In this document: in pieces, positions 11,869-22,816 of the stretch
Numbering within the stretch: position 1 is the first letter of the stretch
Layout: each line of letters starts with the position of its first letter
Sequence record: MK327937.1
Length of the DNA: 64,000 nucleotides
Origin: Escherichia phage vB_EcoM_G10400
Strand: one strand, 5' to 3'
Notes under the pieces: generated by a model
What the model was told of the DNA's origin: nothing
What the model saw: the letters and a program-made list of their open reading frames with translations, nothing else
The model's database searches: none
Translations under genes and position numbers: made by a program

Positions 11869-11886
11869 TTATGATTATGATTATGA

Positions 11887-13305
11887 TTATGGATAGGTAT
11901 AGATGATACCAGTTTCTAAAGCAGTTTTATGAATGATGTATCCATTGCGTGATTCTTGAACATCAACTTCTGGATAGTCTTTCATCATCTTCTGAAGAGT
12001 GTAACGATGCAGGTAGTATTTACTGTCTGGATCTTCAGTTTTCCAATCTTTACCTTCTTCGGTCATTTTTTGGATTTCATCCATAACCCACCAACCGCAC
12101 CAGATATAAGCTGAAGTACGATGTGGAAGAGGATGAACATAAGGTAATTCACCTTCTGGCTCTGGAGCAACTTTATCAGTTACCTGAACTTGACCTTCCG
12201 CCGTAATAGTTTTGCTATCATAATCAGTTGCAGTAACGACAGCAGTAACTTCAATAGTTTGACTTCCAATAGATGAGGTATCAACGGTATATACATTAGT
12301 TGACCCTTCTACAGGAGAAGAATCTTTCTTCCATGAATACGCAATTTGCGCTTCTTCTGGAGCATCAGTGACATTAGCAGTAAATGTAGCCGAAGCATCT
12401 TGTTGAACGTTAATAGAAGGAGGAGTCAATGTAACCTGTGGATTCATTGTCTTCTTATTAACTGTTAATGATACTTCATTCGAAGTAACTTCCTTTTCAT
12501 TGTAATTTTCAGCAGTTACTTGGGCTACGCATTTAATTCTTTTTACTCCACTTGTAGTAGGAGTATAGCTAAATGTAGCGTTAGTTGCTTCACCCACAGG
12601 AGAATCATCTACATACCACTGATACGTAGCAGATGCCCCATCAGGTTGAGAAGCTAAGGCAGCAGTAAATTCAACGGCTGTTCCAATCACTCCAGCTGGA
12701 GGACTATCAGGAGTTACTGCCAAGGTAGTCGTCTGCGTCTTTTTATTAACAGTCAATGATACTTCATTAGAAGTAACGCTTAGTGCATCATAATCTGCCG
12801 CAGTTACTTGAGCTACACACTTGATTTTTTTAACTCCGCTTGTGTCAGGAGTGTAATTGAATGTAGCGTCAGTTGCTTCGTCTACAGGAGAACCGTCAAC
12901 GTGCCATTGATACGTAGCGTTTGCACCTGATGGCTGTGAAGCTAAGGCAGCGGTAAATTCAATTGGAGTTCCAATCACTCCAGCATCAGGGCTACCAGGA
13001 GTTACAGCTAAAGTAGTTGTTTGTGTCTTATTTTGAACTGTGATAGTTGTACTAATTTCTGCTGTTTCAGGTTCAGATTCTGCAACTTGATTGGTTGCAA
13101 CTACTTTAATAGTCTTTTGACCGGCAGGTCCTTTTAGTACATAACTAAAAGTTGCTGACGTTTCTTCCTGTGGAGCGTCGTCTACAGTCCAAGCATATGT
13201 AATAGGTCCATCTCCAGTTTGACCACTGGGTGTAGCAGTAAACTGCTGAGTCTGATCTATAACTCCAGTAGGTGTTTTAGGAGTTATATCAACTGTAAAA
13301 GCCAT
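11887..13305 (-). CDS. hoc: Highly immunogenic outer capsid protein with an extra tandem Ig-like domain
   Basis: 472-aa ORF; N-terminal Ig-like repeats and conserved C-terminal capsid-binding region (..WCGWWVMDEIQK..); residues 93-188 and 189-284 are a diverged tandem repeat. Confidence 0.9.
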   Translation of the reverse strand: MAFTVDITPKTPTGVIDQTQQFTATPSGQTGDGPITYAWTVDDAPQEETSATFSYVLKGPAGQKTIKVVATNQVAESEPETAEISTTITVQNKTQTTTLAVTPGSPDAGVIGTPIEFTAALASQPSGANATYQWHVDGSPVDEATDATFNYTPDTSGVKKIKCVAQVTAADYDALSVTSNEVSLTVNKKTQTTTLAVTPDSPPAGVIGTAVEFTAALASQPDGASATYQWYVDDSPVGEATNATFSYTPTTSGVKRIKCVAQVTAENYNEKEVTSNEVSLTVNKKTMNPQVTLTPPSINVQQDASATFTANVTDAPEEAQIAYSWKKDSSPVEGSTNVYTVDTSSIGSQTIEVTAVVTATDYDSKTITAEGQVQVTDKVAPEPEGELPYVHPLPHRTSAYIWCGWWVMDEIQKMTEEGKDWKTEDPDSKYYLHRYTLQKMMKDYPEVDVQESRNGYIIHKTALETGIIYTYP

Positions 13306-13314
13306 AAGTTATCC

Positions 13315-13995
13315 TTATTTTAATGTTACGAAAGAAGAATTACGTGTTTCACGAATTAGAACTGATCCGTCACGATTAATGTAGTAAATTAAGCTAAATA
13401 AAGTTTGGTGTGCCGACGCATGTTCAAAACTAGTTGGGTGAGATTTCCAATCTGGGGTTTCAGCAATCCATTGATAAATCCACCAAGGAACAGTGCAGAA
13501 TCCTGGATTTTTTCCAATCAGCTGAAGATTCGGACTAAAGTTTTCCGGAAGAGTAAATACAGACGGCTTTTCGGATTCAATAATCTCAGCTACAGCCTGT
13601 TCGAATTTTTCTTCAACAAAAGGAGTATCTTCAATTAAAACAGTGGTATTTTCAGGAATTTTATCCGTTTCTACTACTTCAATTTTAATGTCAGATTTAA
13701 CCGGAGAATCAATCAGAAGTGCTGCCTCTGGATTGACTTCTTCATCGTCATATTTTAATCCGTCTGCGGCATCAGCAGCATCAATTAAGTCTTTAATAGA
13801 TAACCCATCAGTCTCTGGCATAGGTTCACTAGCGAGCTTCTGGAGAGCTTCTTCAATATCATTAACGATATTATCAAAAGATTTATTCTTTTTGACCTTT
13901 ATACCAAACTGTTCAGCATATTCAGCTAATTTAGCTTTAGCTTCTTTATTATCATCAAGAGCCTTCAGCTCTGCAATATAATCTTTATCTATCAT
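13315..13995 (-). CDS. inh: Inhibitor of prohead protease
   Basis: 226-aa ORF, size and position match T4 inh. Confidence 0.85.
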   Translation of the reverse strand: MIDKDYIAELKALDDNKEAKAKLAEYAEQFGIKVKKNKSFDNIVNDIEEALQKLASEPMPETDGLSIKDLIDAADAADGLKYDDEEVNPEAALLIDSPVKSDIKIEVVETDKIPENTTVLIEDTPFVEEKFEQAVAEIIESEKPSVFTLPENFSPNLQLIGKNPGFCTVPWWIYQWIAETPDWKSHPTSFEHASAHQTLFSLIYYINRDGSVLIRETRNSSFVTLK

Positions 13996-14017
13996 AATAT
14001 TTCCTCAGTATAAATAT
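13963..14017. repeat. 55-bp exact direct repeat, copy 1 (probable assembler k-mer overlap)
   Basis: Identical to 14140-14194; directly abuts the adapter sequence. Confidence 0.9.
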
Positions 14018-14194
<177 letters not shown>

Positions 14195-14221
14195 AGATAT
14201 ATTTATTACTCGGAAAATAGT

Positions 14222-14839
14222 ATGTACCACTTTGTATATGAAACAACAAATCTAATAAATGGTAAAAAGTATATAGGAAAACACTCTACTGATGACTTGA
14301 ATGATGGTTACCTTGGTTCCGGTAAGGCAATTCAGCAGGCTATAAAGAAATATGGTGAAAACAATTTCTCTAGAACAATACTAAAAGAGTTTAAAACTTC
14401 CGAAGAAGCGTACATGTATGAAGAAGAAATTATAACTCCTGAAATAATAAAAAGCAAAAATTATTATAATATGAAACCTGGTGGAATTGGTGGAATTGTT
14501 ATGACTACAGAGGTTATAGCAAAGATGAAAGAATCTTCCGCTAAGAGATTTGAAAACTCACCGGGCACGGTATTAGGTACAACTTGTTACACTAATGGAA
14601 CTAAAAATATTTTTATTAAACCTGGAGAACTTGTTCCAGAAGGATTTGTAAAAGGAATGGTTCATCCTAATAGAAAGTCCAGAAAAGGATGTAAAGTCAA
14701 ACCGACTACCACAGGAACTTTTTGGGTCAATAACGGTGCAATAAATAAATTAATACAACCAGACGGTATTATTCCCGACGGATTTATTAAAGGTCGTCTC
14801 ATGAAAAGAGATTCTAAAGGCAAATTTAGTAAGGCATAA
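14222..14839 (+). CDS. segD: GIY-YIG homing endonuclease (Seg family)
   Basis: 205-aa ORF with N-terminal GIY-YIG-type motif (YHFVYETTNLINGKKYIGKHS); position between inh and uvsW as T4 segD. Confidence 0.8.
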   Translation: MYHFVYETTNLINGKKYIGKHSTDDLNDGYLGSGKAIQQAIKKYGENNFSRTILKEFKTSEEAYMYEEEIITPEIIKSKNYYNMKPGGIGGIVMTTEVIAKMKESSAKRFENSPGTVLGTTCYTNGTKNIFIKPGELVPEGFVKGMVHPNRKSRKGCKVKPTTTGTFWVNNGAINKLIQPDGIIPDGFIKGRLMKRDSKGKFSKA

Positions 14840-14841
14840 TT

Positions 14842-16350
14842 ATGGATATTAAAGTACATTTTCACGACTTCAGCCATGTACGCATCGATTGTGAAGAGAG
14901 CACGTTCCACGAATTAAGAGATTTCTTTTCGTTTGAGGCCGATGGATATAGATTTAATCCTCGCTTCAGATATGGCAACTGGGATGGACGAATCCGTCTT
15001 TTAGATTATAATCGTCTTCTTCCATTTGGCTTAGTCGGGCAAATTAAAAAGTTCTGTGATAACTTTGGCTATAAAGCCTGGATTGACCCACAAATTAACG
15101 AAAAAGAAGAATTATCAAGAAAAGATTTTGATGAATGGCTTTCTAAATTAGAAATCTATTCAGGAAATAAAAGAATTGAACCGCATTGGTATCAAAAAGA
15201 TGCAGTGTTCGAAGGATTAGTTAATCGTCGTAGAATTCTTAATCTTCCAACATCCGCTGGTAAATCTTTAATTCAAGCTTTGCTTGCGCGATATTATTTG
15301 GAAAATTATGAAGGCAAAATTCTTATCATTGTTCCAACAACTGCTCTGACAACTCAGATGGCTGATGACTTTGTTGACTATCGTTTATTCAGTCATGCAA
15401 TGATAAAGAAAATCGGCGGTGGAGCATCAAAAGATGATAAATATAAAAATGATGCACCGGTCGTTGTTGGTACATGGCAAACTGTAGTTAAACAACCAAA
15501 AGAATGGTTCTCACAGTTTGGAATGATGATGAATGATGAATGCCATCTTGCTACAGGAAAAAGTATTTCATCTATCATATCAGGTTTAAATAACTGTATG
15601 TTTAAATTTGGTCTATCTGGTTCATTACGTGATGGCAAAGCCAATATCATGCAGTATGTTGGAATGTTTGGTGAAATATTTAAGCCAGTAACGACTTCTA
15701 AGTTAATGGAAGATGGACAAGTAACTGAGCTAAAAATTAATAGTATTTTTCTTCGCTATCCCGATGAGTTCACTACTAAATTAAAGGGAAAAACTTATCA
15801 AGAAGAAATAAAAATTATTACTGGGCTTAGTAAAAGAAATAAATGGATCGCTAAATTAGCTATTAAGCTTGCGCAAAAAGATGAAAACGCTTTTGTCATG
15901 TTTAAACATGTATCACATGGTAAAGCTATTTTCGATTTAATTAAAAATGAATACGATAAAGTTTATTACGTATCAGGGGAAGTTGATACCGAAACCCGCA
16001 ATATAATGAAAACCTTAGCTGAAAATGGTAAAGGAATAATTATAGTAGCTAGTTATGGTGTATTTTCTACTGGTATTTCAGTTAAAAATCTGCATCACGT
16101 TGTTTTAGCGCACGGTGTTAAATCAAAAATCATTGTATTACAAACAATCGGTCGTGTATTACGTAAGCATGGTTCTAAGACAATAGCAACCGTCTGGGAC
16201 CTCATAGATGATTGTGGCGTTAAGCCAAAATCTGCTAATACGAAAAAGAAATATGTTCATTTGAACTATCTTTTAAAACACGGCATTGATCGTATTCAGC
16301 GCTACGCAGATGAAAAATTTAATTACGTAATGAAAACAGTTAATTTATAA
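14842..16350 (+). CDS. uvsW: UvsW DNA/RNA helicase
   Basis: 502-aa ORF with SF2 helicase features (DECH box), T4 synteny. Confidence 0.93.
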   Translation: MDIKVHFHDFSHVRIDCEESTFHELRDFFSFEADGYRFNPRFRYGNWDGRIRLLDYNRLLPFGLVGQIKKFCDNFGYKAWIDPQINEKEELSRKDFDEWLSKLEIYSGNKRIEPHWYQKDAVFEGLVNRRRILNLPTSAGKSLIQALLARYYLENYEGKILIIVPTTALTTQMADDFVDYRLFSHAMIKKIGGGASKDDKYKNDAPVVVGTWQTVVKQPKEWFSQFGMMMNDECHLATGKSISSIISGLNNCMFKFGLSGSLRDGKANIMQYVGMFGEIFKPVTTSKLMEDGQVTELKINSIFLRYPDEFTTKLKGKTYQEEIKIITGLSKRNKWIAKLAIKLAQKDENAFVMFKHVSHGKAIFDLIKNEYDKVYYVSGEVDTETRNIMKTLAENGKGIIIVASYGVFSTGISVKNLHHVVLAHGVKSKIIVLQTIGRVLRKHGSKTIATVWDLIDDCGVKPKSANTKKKYVHLNYLLKHGIDRIQRYADEKFNYVMKTVNL

Positions 16351-16362
16351 GGGCTTCGGCCC
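16351..16362 (+). terminator. Hairpin GGGC-UUCG-GCCC right after uvsW stop
   Basis: Short GC stem with UUCG loop followed by UUUGG. Confidence 0.4.
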
Positions 16363-16375
16363 TTTGGAGAAAAAG

Positions 16376-16606
16376 ATGTTACTAGAATTTAAACAATTTC
16401 TTTATGAAGCTTCTATTGATGAATTTATGGGTAAAATTGCCTCTTGTCAAACATTAGAAGGTTTAGAAGAACTTGAAGCTTATTATAAGAAAAGAGTTAA
16501 AGAAACTGAATTAAAAGATACTGATGACATCTCTGTGAGAGATGCTTTGGCAGGAAAAAGAGCTGAATTAGAAGATTCAGATGATGAAGTAGAAGAAAGC
16601 TTTTAA
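16376..16606 (+). CDS. uvsW.1: UvsW.1 small acidic protein
   Basis: Track ORF 16364-16606; ATG 16376 with GGAG SD gives 76 aa. Confidence 0.75.
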   Translation: MLLEFKQFLYEASIDEFMGKIASCQTLEGLEELEAYYKKRVKETELKDTDDISVRDALAGKRAELEDSDDEVEESF

Positions 16607-16661
16607 ATTAAAAAAGGCCCAACCAAAAAGGAAGGGCCAAAACTATAGACTAAAGGTCACA

Positions 16662-16829
16662 CTATAGCAAAAGTTGTGTTTCATTTAATTGTTCTTCCGA
16701 ACTTTCTGAAACTGGTAGTTCTTTAATGTAATTATAGCAAGGCCCAGGATGTACAGGACCTTTGTCTGTTTCAACAACCAATGCAGAATCGATTGGAGTT
16801 TTACAGACAACACAAATCTTATCTGACAT
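16662..16829 (-). CDS. Hypothetical 55-aa protein with CxxC...PGPC motif (zinc-ribbon-like), not in ORF track
   Basis: Hand translation MSDKICVVCKTPIDSALVVETDKGPVHPGPCYNYIKELPVSESSEEQLNETQLLL; GAGGAG SD 6 nt upstream of ATG; at T4 uvsY.-2 position. Confidence 0.5.
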   Translation of the reverse strand: MSDKICVVCKTPIDSALVVETDKGPVHPGPCYNYIKELPVSESSEEQLNETQLLL

Positions 16830-16857
16830 GATTGTCTCCTCTGAATTATATATCTAT

Positions 16858-17082
16858 TTATACAACTCTCATATGCATATCAATGCCCATATCTTTAGAA
16901 TAAAAATATTCATCAAGATATCCAGCAAATTTTCCTTTAATATAAAGGACATCTTCACCACACGGGTGGTCGGCCAGGATACGAATATCCTGACGCTTAA
17001 GATTATACTTTTTCATTAAGAATTGAATCTCAGTTTCAAATTCTTCTTCATAATTAAAAGCATCATCAATGCTATATCTCAT
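16858..17082 (-). CDS. Hypothetical protein (uvsY.-1 position)
   Basis: 74-aa ORF abutting uvsY. Confidence 0.6.
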   Translation of the reverse strand: MRYSIDDAFNYEEEFETEIQFLMKKYNLKRQDIRILADHPCGEDVLYIKGKFAGYLDEYFYSKDMGIDMHMRVV

Positions 17083-17495
17083 TATTTTCCAGCCTCAAAT
17101 GCTCGCATGTCTTGAATGTGCTTAATAGCAAATCCACGTGATTTAATAGCATCAAGAGCTCCGCTACAGAAATCTAATAAAATCCCCCAATACTGTAACG
17201 AGGTATCAACCTTTAAAACATCCTTATCAGCTGATAGAACTGTCTTCATTTCTGATTTCTCGTAACGATCCATACTAAATTCATCACCATCTCCTCGTCC
17301 CGAGTAGTAGTCTAATTTAGCTTTAAGAGCAACTTTCTTTTGCGCGTCAATTCTAAGCATTTCCTTTTTAATACTTGAATGCTTATTAAGCCATTTACTA
17401 TATAACATCACATTATTAGCTGCTTCATACTGTAATTTAGTCGAATCTATAAACACATCTTTCTTCAATTCTTCTTGAAGATCTTCTAATCTCAT
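17082..17495 (-). CDS. uvsY: Recombination mediator protein UvsY
   Basis: 137-aa ORF, size and sequence match T4 UvsY. Confidence 0.9.
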   Translation of the reverse strand: MRLEDLQEELKKDVFIDSTKLQYEAANNVMLYSKWLNKHSSIKKEMLRIDAQKKVALKAKLDYYSGRGDGDEFSMDRYEKSEMKTVLSADKDVLKVDTSLQYWGILLDFCSGALDAIKSRGFAIKHIQDMRAFEAGK

Positions 17496-17561
17496 ATTGT
17501 TCTCTATTCAATTGTTATTGGATGGACTTAGATTCATTATACCACGTTTTAACGTGAAGCA

Positions 17562-17960
17562 TTATACTCTATTACTAGAAGCCAGTTGCAGTTTTATCTG
17601 CTCAATATCATCAGGGTTATCGATGACCGAAAAACGTATTTCTACTATCAGAGTATAATCATCATAAACGGGTATCACATTAACTGCTAATTTATCAATA
17701 CGTGGCTCATAGTTTCTTACTGCGCTTTCGATATTACGCTCAACTGTGTCAGCAGTAAGAGGAGTCATATTTTCAAAAAGCTGGTCTGATAAATCACATC
17801 CAAATTCAGGGTCAAACGGTCTTGAACCTTTTCTTGTTGTAATAATTCCCAAAAGACTGTTTTTAATTGACCTTAATCCAAGTGATCTGGAAACGTCTTT
17901 GTTCCAATCCATTTTCATTTCCGGGTCAATGTCAGAATAAAGCTTATTAATATTTGACAT
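17562..17960 (-). CDS. 25: Baseplate wedge protein gp25
   Basis: 132-aa ORF, T4 synteny and size. Confidence 0.9.
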   Translation of the reverse strand: MSNINKLYSDIDPEMKMDWNKDVSRSLGLRSIKNSLLGIITTRKGSRPFDPEFGCDLSDQLFENMTPLTADTVERNIESAVRNYEPRIDKLAVNVIPVYDDYTLIVEIRFSVIDNPDDIEQIKLQLASSNRV

Positions 17961-18586
17961 TATAGTAACTCAAAGAACTCTTTGAGGCCTCTTATTACGT
18001 GAGCATGGGTTTTTCCACACTCTGGACACTTAATTGGAACAGCCAAATAAACAGTAGGCTTTAAAAGCATATCTTTTATAGCTACAATATCTGACTCTGT
18101 GATGATAGAATATAAATCTTCCAGTTCTTTTTCATTTAAGTCTTCAACTGGAATGCTTTCCCCGTTAGCATGAATCGTTTCTATACATGATACTATCATG
18201 TGGGCTATATTTTTATCATCAAAAATTTTAGGGTATCGGAATTTAATTTTAATGTCACCCAGTGTATACCAGAGGTCTTCTGGTGCATCTATTTGTGTAT
18301 GTAATAGATTTATATGGGTTGGTATTTCAGTTCCACAGGTGCACTTCCAGGAGTTTTCGTGATTAACTTCACCGAGAGAATGTGCCCATAAATGAATCAA
18401 CAATAGTTCTGATTCTTGGCGGTTTAAATCTTTTGCATTTGTGCAGTCTTTGATTAGCTTTTTAACAATTACTTCTACGGAACCATTATTTTTGGCAGTA
18501 ATAAGTTCTAGATATTCTTTAAGCGTGAATGCGCGACAATTGATTATTTTAGAACCAACTCTCACATCAAATTTGTATTCATACAT
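17960..18586 (-). CDS. 26: Baseplate hub protein gp26
   Basis: 208-aa ORF, T4 synteny and size. Confidence 0.88.
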   Translation of the reverse strand: MYEYKFDVRVGSKIINCRAFTLKEYLELITAKNNGSVEVIVKKLIKDCTNAKDLNRQESELLLIHLWAHSLGEVNHENSWKCTCGTEIPTHINLLHTQIDAPEDLWYTLGDIKIKFRYPKIFDDKNIAHMIVSCIETIHANGESIPVEDLNEKELEDLYSIITESDIVAIKDMLLKPTVYLAVPIKCPECGKTHAHVIRGLKEFFELL

Positions 18587-18607
18587 ATTTAGCTCCTTTA
18601 TTTATCA

Positions 18608-18619
18608 TATTTATAAATA
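18608..18619. promoter_or_regulatory. Palindromic divergent late promoters (TATTTATAAATA) for gene 26 (-) and gene 51 (+)
   Basis: 12-bp perfect palindrome contains TATAAATA on both strands, between divergent late genes. Confidence 0.55.
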
Positions 18620-18636
18620 GAATAAAAGGAGCATCT

Positions 18637-19386
18637 ATGGCAAACATTATTCGTTGTAAATTACCAGATGGTGTTCATCGTTTTAAACCATTTACGGTAG
18701 AAGATTATCGAGATTTTTTGTTAGTTCGAAACGATATAGAACATCGGTCACCGCAAGAACAAAAAGAAATAATTACTGATTTAATTGATGATTATTTTGG
18801 AGACTATCCGAAGACTTGGCAACCATTTATATTTTTGCAGGTATTTGTAGGGTCGATAGGTAAAACTAAAGTACCGGTCACATTTGTATGTCCAAAATGT
18901 AAAAAAGAAAAGACAGTTCCATTTGAAATATACCAAAAAGAATTAAAGGAACCTGTTTTTGATGTAGCTAATGTTAAAATTAAATTAAAGTTTCCTTCTG
19001 AGTTTTATGAAAATAAAGCAAAGATGATTACTGAAAATATTCATTCTGTCCAAGTAGATGAAATATGGTATGATTGGAAGGAAATTAGTGAATCAAGCCA
19101 AATAGAACTTGTTGATGCCATCGAGATAGAAACATTAGAAAAAATTCTCGATGCAATGAATCCTATTAATTTAACTCTACATATGTCATGCTGTAATAAG
19201 TACATTAAAAAATACACTGATATAGTAGATGTGTTTAAGCTATTAGTTAACCCAGATGAAATATTTACTTTTTATCAAATTAATCACACACTCGTAAAAA
19301 GTAATTATAGCTTAAATTCAATAATGAAAATGATTCCTGCCGAGCGCGGATTCGTATTAAAACTGATTGAGAAGGATAAACAATAA
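18637..19386 (+). CDS. 51: Baseplate hub assembly catalyst gp51
   Basis: 249-aa ORF, T4 synteny and size. Confidence 0.9.
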   Translation: MANIIRCKLPDGVHRFKPFTVEDYRDFLLVRNDIEHRSPQEQKEIITDLIDDYFGDYPKTWQPFIFLQVFVGSIGKTKVPVTFVCPKCKKEKTVPFEIYQKELKEPVFDVANVKIKLKFPSEFYENKAKMITENIHSVQVDEIWYDWKEISESSQIELVDAIEIETLEKILDAMNPINLTLHMSCCNKYIKKYTDIVDVFKLLVNPDEIFTFYQINHTLVKSNYSLNSIMKMIPAERGFVLKLIEKDKQ

Positions 19387-20561
19387 TGAGTATGTTGCAA
19401 CGCCCCGGATATCCAAATCTCAGCGTTAAATTATTTGATAGCTACGACGCTTGGAGTAATAATAGATTTGTTGAATTAGCTGCTACTATTACCACATTAA
19501 CTATGCGGGATTCTCTTTATGGCCGAAATGAAGGAATGTTGCAGTTTTATGATTCTAAAAACATCCATACAAAAATGGATGGAAATGAAATAATTCAGAT
19601 TTCTGTAGCTAATGCAAATGATATTAATAATGTTAAAACACGAATTTATGGATGTAAGCATTTTTCCGTGTCAGTAGATTCAAAAGGTGATAACATCATT
19701 GCTATTGAATTGGGAACTATTCATTCTATAGAAAATCTTAAATTTGGTAGACCATTTTTCCCTGATGCGGGTGAATCAATAAAAGAAATGCTTGGTGTCA
19801 TTTATCAAGACCGTACACTATTAACTCCAGCAATAAATGCTATAAATGCTTATGTTCCTGATATTCCATGGACTAGCACATTTGAAAACTATTTGTCATA
19901 TGTAAGAGAAGTTGCTCTAGCTGTAGGAAGTGACAAATTTGTATTTGTGTGGCAAGACATCATGGGAGTTAACATGATGGACTATGATATGATGATAAAC
20001 CAAGAACCATATCCAATGATTGTCGGCGAGCCATCTTTAATAGGTCAATTCATCCAAGAATTAAAATACCCATTAGCATATGATTTCGTTTGGTTGACTA
20101 AATCGAATCCTCACAAACGTGACCCAATGAAAAATGCTACTATCTATGCTCATTCATTTTTAGATTCTTCATTGCCAATGATTACTACGGGAAAGGGCGA
20201 AAACTCTATTGTAGTGTCAAGGTCAGGTGCTTATTCTGAAATGACTTATAGGAATGGTTATGAAGAAGCTATTCGTCTTCAAACTATGGCACAATATGAC
20301 GGCTATGCTAAATGTTCTACTGTCGGTAATTTTAACTTGACTCCTGGTGTTAAAATTATTTTTAATGATAGTAAAAACCAATTTAAAACAGAATTTTACG
20401 TTGATGAAGTTATCCATGAATTATCAAATAATAATTCAGTAACTCATCTTTATATGTTCACTAATGCAACGAAACTGGAAACAATAGACCCAGTTAAGGT
20501 TAAAAATGAATTTAAATCTGATACTACCACTGAAGAAAGTAGTTCTTCCAATAAGCAATAA
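19386..20561 (+). CDS. 27: Baseplate hub protein gp27
   Basis: 391-aa ORF, T4 synteny and size. Confidence 0.93.
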   Translation: MSMLQRPGYPNLSVKLFDSYDAWSNNRFVELAATITTLTMRDSLYGRNEGMLQFYDSKNIHTKMDGNEIIQISVANANDINNVKTRIYGCKHFSVSVDSKGDNIIAIELGTIHSIENLKFGRPFFPDAGESIKEMLGVIYQDRTLLTPAINAINAYVPDIPWTSTFENYLSYVREVALAVGSDKFVFVWQDIMGVNMMDYDMMINQEPYPMIVGEPSLIGQFIQELKYPLAYDFVWLTKSNPHKRDPMKNATIYAHSFLDSSLPMITTGKGENSIVVSRSGAYSEMTYRNGYEEAIRLQTMAQYDGYAKCSTVGNFNLTPGVKIIFNDSKNQFKTEFYVDEVIHELSNNNSVTHLYMFTNATKLETIDPVKVKNEFKSDTTTEESSSSNKQ

Positions 20562-21039
20562 AGAAGTTTCTATTCCTAAAATGGGTCTTAAACATTATAA
20601 CATTTTAAAGGATGTTAAAGGTCCTGATGAAAATTTAAAACTTCTTATTGATTCTATTTGTCCGAATTTATCACCGGCAGAAGTTGATTTCGTTTCTATT
20701 CATTTATTGGAATTTAATGGAAAGATTAAATCTCGTAAAGAAATAGATGGCTATACTTATGACATTAATGATGTCTATGTATGCCAAAGATTGGAATTTC
20801 AATACCAAGGAAATACATTTTATTTTAGACCTCCTGGAAAATTTGAACAATTTTTAACGGTGAGCGATATGTTATCTAAATGCTTGCTTAAGGTCAACGA
20901 TGAAGTTAAAGAAATTAATTTTCTTGAGATGCCAGCATTCGTTTTAAAATGGGCAAATGATATTTTTACAACTTTAGCAATTCCTGGCCCTAATGGTCCA
21001 ATAACTGGAATTGGCAATATTATTGGATTATTTGAATGA
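20506..21039 (+). CDS. 28: Baseplate hub distal subunit gp28
   Basis: 177-aa ORF overlapping end of gene 27; T4 synteny and size. Confidence 0.85.
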   Translation: MNLNLILPLKKVVLPISNKEVSIPKMGLKHYNILKDVKGPDENLKLLIDSICPNLSPAEVDFVSIHLLEFNGKIKSRKEIDGYTYDINDVYVCQRLEFQYQGNTFYFRPPGKFEQFLTVSDMLSKCLLKVNDEVKEINFLEMPAFVLKWANDIFTTLAIPGPNGPITGIGNIIGLFE

Positions 21040-22808
21040 AAAAGCCACAAGAAATGCAAACGATGCGTAGAAAAGTTATTTCAGATAATAAACCAACACA
21101 GGAAGCGGCTAAATCCGCTTCCAACACTTTATCTGGACTTAATGATATATCTACGAAATTGGATGATGCTCAAGCTGCTTCTGAATTAATAGCTCAAACT
21201 GTCGAAGAAAAATCGAATGAAATAGTTGGAGCAATTGGTAACGTAGAAAGCGCAGTGAGTGATACTACTGCCGGTTCTGAGTTAATTGCCGAGACTGTTG
21301 AAATTGGCAATAATATCAATAAAGAAATAGGCGAATCACTCGGAAGTAAATTAGATAAATTAACAAGTTTACTAGAGCAAAAAATTCAGACAGCTGGAAT
21401 TCAACAGACTGGAACTAGTTTAGCCACAGTTGAAAGCGCTATTCCTGTTAAAGTCGTTGAGGATGATACTGCTGAATCTGTGGGTCCTTTATTACCGGCC
21501 CCTGAAGCAGTTAATAATGATCCTGACGCTGATTTTTTCCCTACCCCTCAGCCAGTTGAACCCAAACAAGAATCGCCAGAAGAAAAACAGAAAAAAGAAG
21601 CATTTAACTTAAAATTATCTCAAGCTTTAGATAAATTAACGAAGACTGTTGATTTTGGATTTAAAAAATCCATTTCAATTACTGATAAAATATCAAGCAT
21701 GTTATTTAAGTACACCATCAGTGCTGCTATTGAAGCTGCTAAAATGACTGCAATGATATTGGCTGTTGTTGTTGGAATAGACCTGTTGATGGTTCATTTT
21801 AAATACTGGTCAGATAAATTTTCAAAAGCCTGGGATTTATTTAATACTGACTTTACTAAATTCTCTAGCGAAACCGGAACATGGGGTCCTTTATTACAGA
21901 GCATCTTTGATTCTATTGATAAAATTAAACAACTTTGGGAAGCGGGAGATTGGGGTGGATTGACAGCAGCTATTGTTGAAGGACTCGGAAGTGTTCTTTT
22001 TAATTTAGGTGAACTTATTCAATTAGGTATGGCTAAATTATCTGCAGCAATTCTTCGAGTCATTCCTGGTATGAAGGATACTGCTGATGAAGTAGAAGGA
22101 AGAGCATTAGAAAATTTCCAAAATTCTACTGGAGCATCTCTCAATAAAGAAGACCAGGAAAAAGTTGCAAATTATCAAGATAAACGAATGAACGGAGACC
22201 TTGGTCCGATAGCAAAAGGATTAGATAAAATTGCTAATTGGAAAACTCGTGCATCTAATTGGATTCGTGGGGTTGATAATAAAGAAGCACTAACTACCGA
22301 CGAAGAACGTGCAGCAGAAGAAGAAAAATTAAAGCAACTTTCACCTGAAGAAAGAAAAAATGCTTTAATGAAGGCTAATGAAGCCCGTGCCGCAATGATT
22401 CGCTTTGAAAAATATGCTGATTCAGCTGATATGAGTAAAGACTCAACGGTTAAATCTGTTGAATCTGCCTATGAAGACCTTAAAAAACGGATGGATGACC
22501 CGGATTTAAATAATTCACCGGCAGTTAAAAAAGAACTTGCTGCTAGATTTTCTAAAATTGATGCTACTTATCAAGAGCTCAAGAAAAATCAGCCTAATGC
22601 CAAACCTGAAACTTCTGCTAAATCGCCAGAAGCAAAACAAGTCCAGGTAATAGAAAAGAACAAAGCACAGCAAGCTCCTGTTCAACAAGCATCTCCTTCA
22701 ATCAATAATACTAATAATGTTATTAAGAAAAATACTGTCGTTCATAATATGACACCTGTCACAAGCACAACTGCTCCTGGTGTATTTGATGCGACTGGGG
22801 TTAATTAA
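21036..22808 (+). CDS. 29: Baseplate hub / tail length determinator gp29
   Basis: 590-aa ORF, T4 synteny and size. Confidence 0.92.
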   Translation: MKKPQEMQTMRRKVISDNKPTQEAAKSASNTLSGLNDISTKLDDAQAASELIAQTVEEKSNEIVGAIGNVESAVSDTTAGSELIAETVEIGNNINKEIGESLGSKLDKLTSLLEQKIQTAGIQQTGTSLATVESAIPVKVVEDDTAESVGPLLPAPEAVNNDPDADFFPTPQPVEPKQESPEEKQKKEAFNLKLSQALDKLTKTVDFGFKKSISITDKISSMLFKYTISAAIEAAKMTAMILAVVVGIDLLMVHFKYWSDKFSKAWDLFNTDFTKFSSETGTWGPLLQSIFDSIDKIKQLWEAGDWGGLTAAIVEGLGSVLFNLGELIQLGMAKLSAAILRVIPGMKDTADEVEGRALENFQNSTGASLNKEDQEKVANYQDKRMNGDLGPIAKGLDKIANWKTRASNWIRGVDNKEALTTDEERAAEEEKLKQLSPEERKNALMKANEARAAMIRFEKYADSADMSKDSTVKSVESAYEDLKKRMDDPDLNNSPAVKKELAARFSKIDATYQELKKNQPNAKPETSAKSPEAKQVQVIEKNKAQQAPVQQASPSINNTNNVIKKNTVVHNMTPVTSTTAPGVFDATGVN

Positions 22809-22816
22809 GGAATAAT

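Noticed and set aside
11869-11886. GATTAT x3 micro-repeat just downstream of hoc
   Set aside because: Only 18 bp, overlaps the terminator hairpin flank; too short to call a functional repeat.
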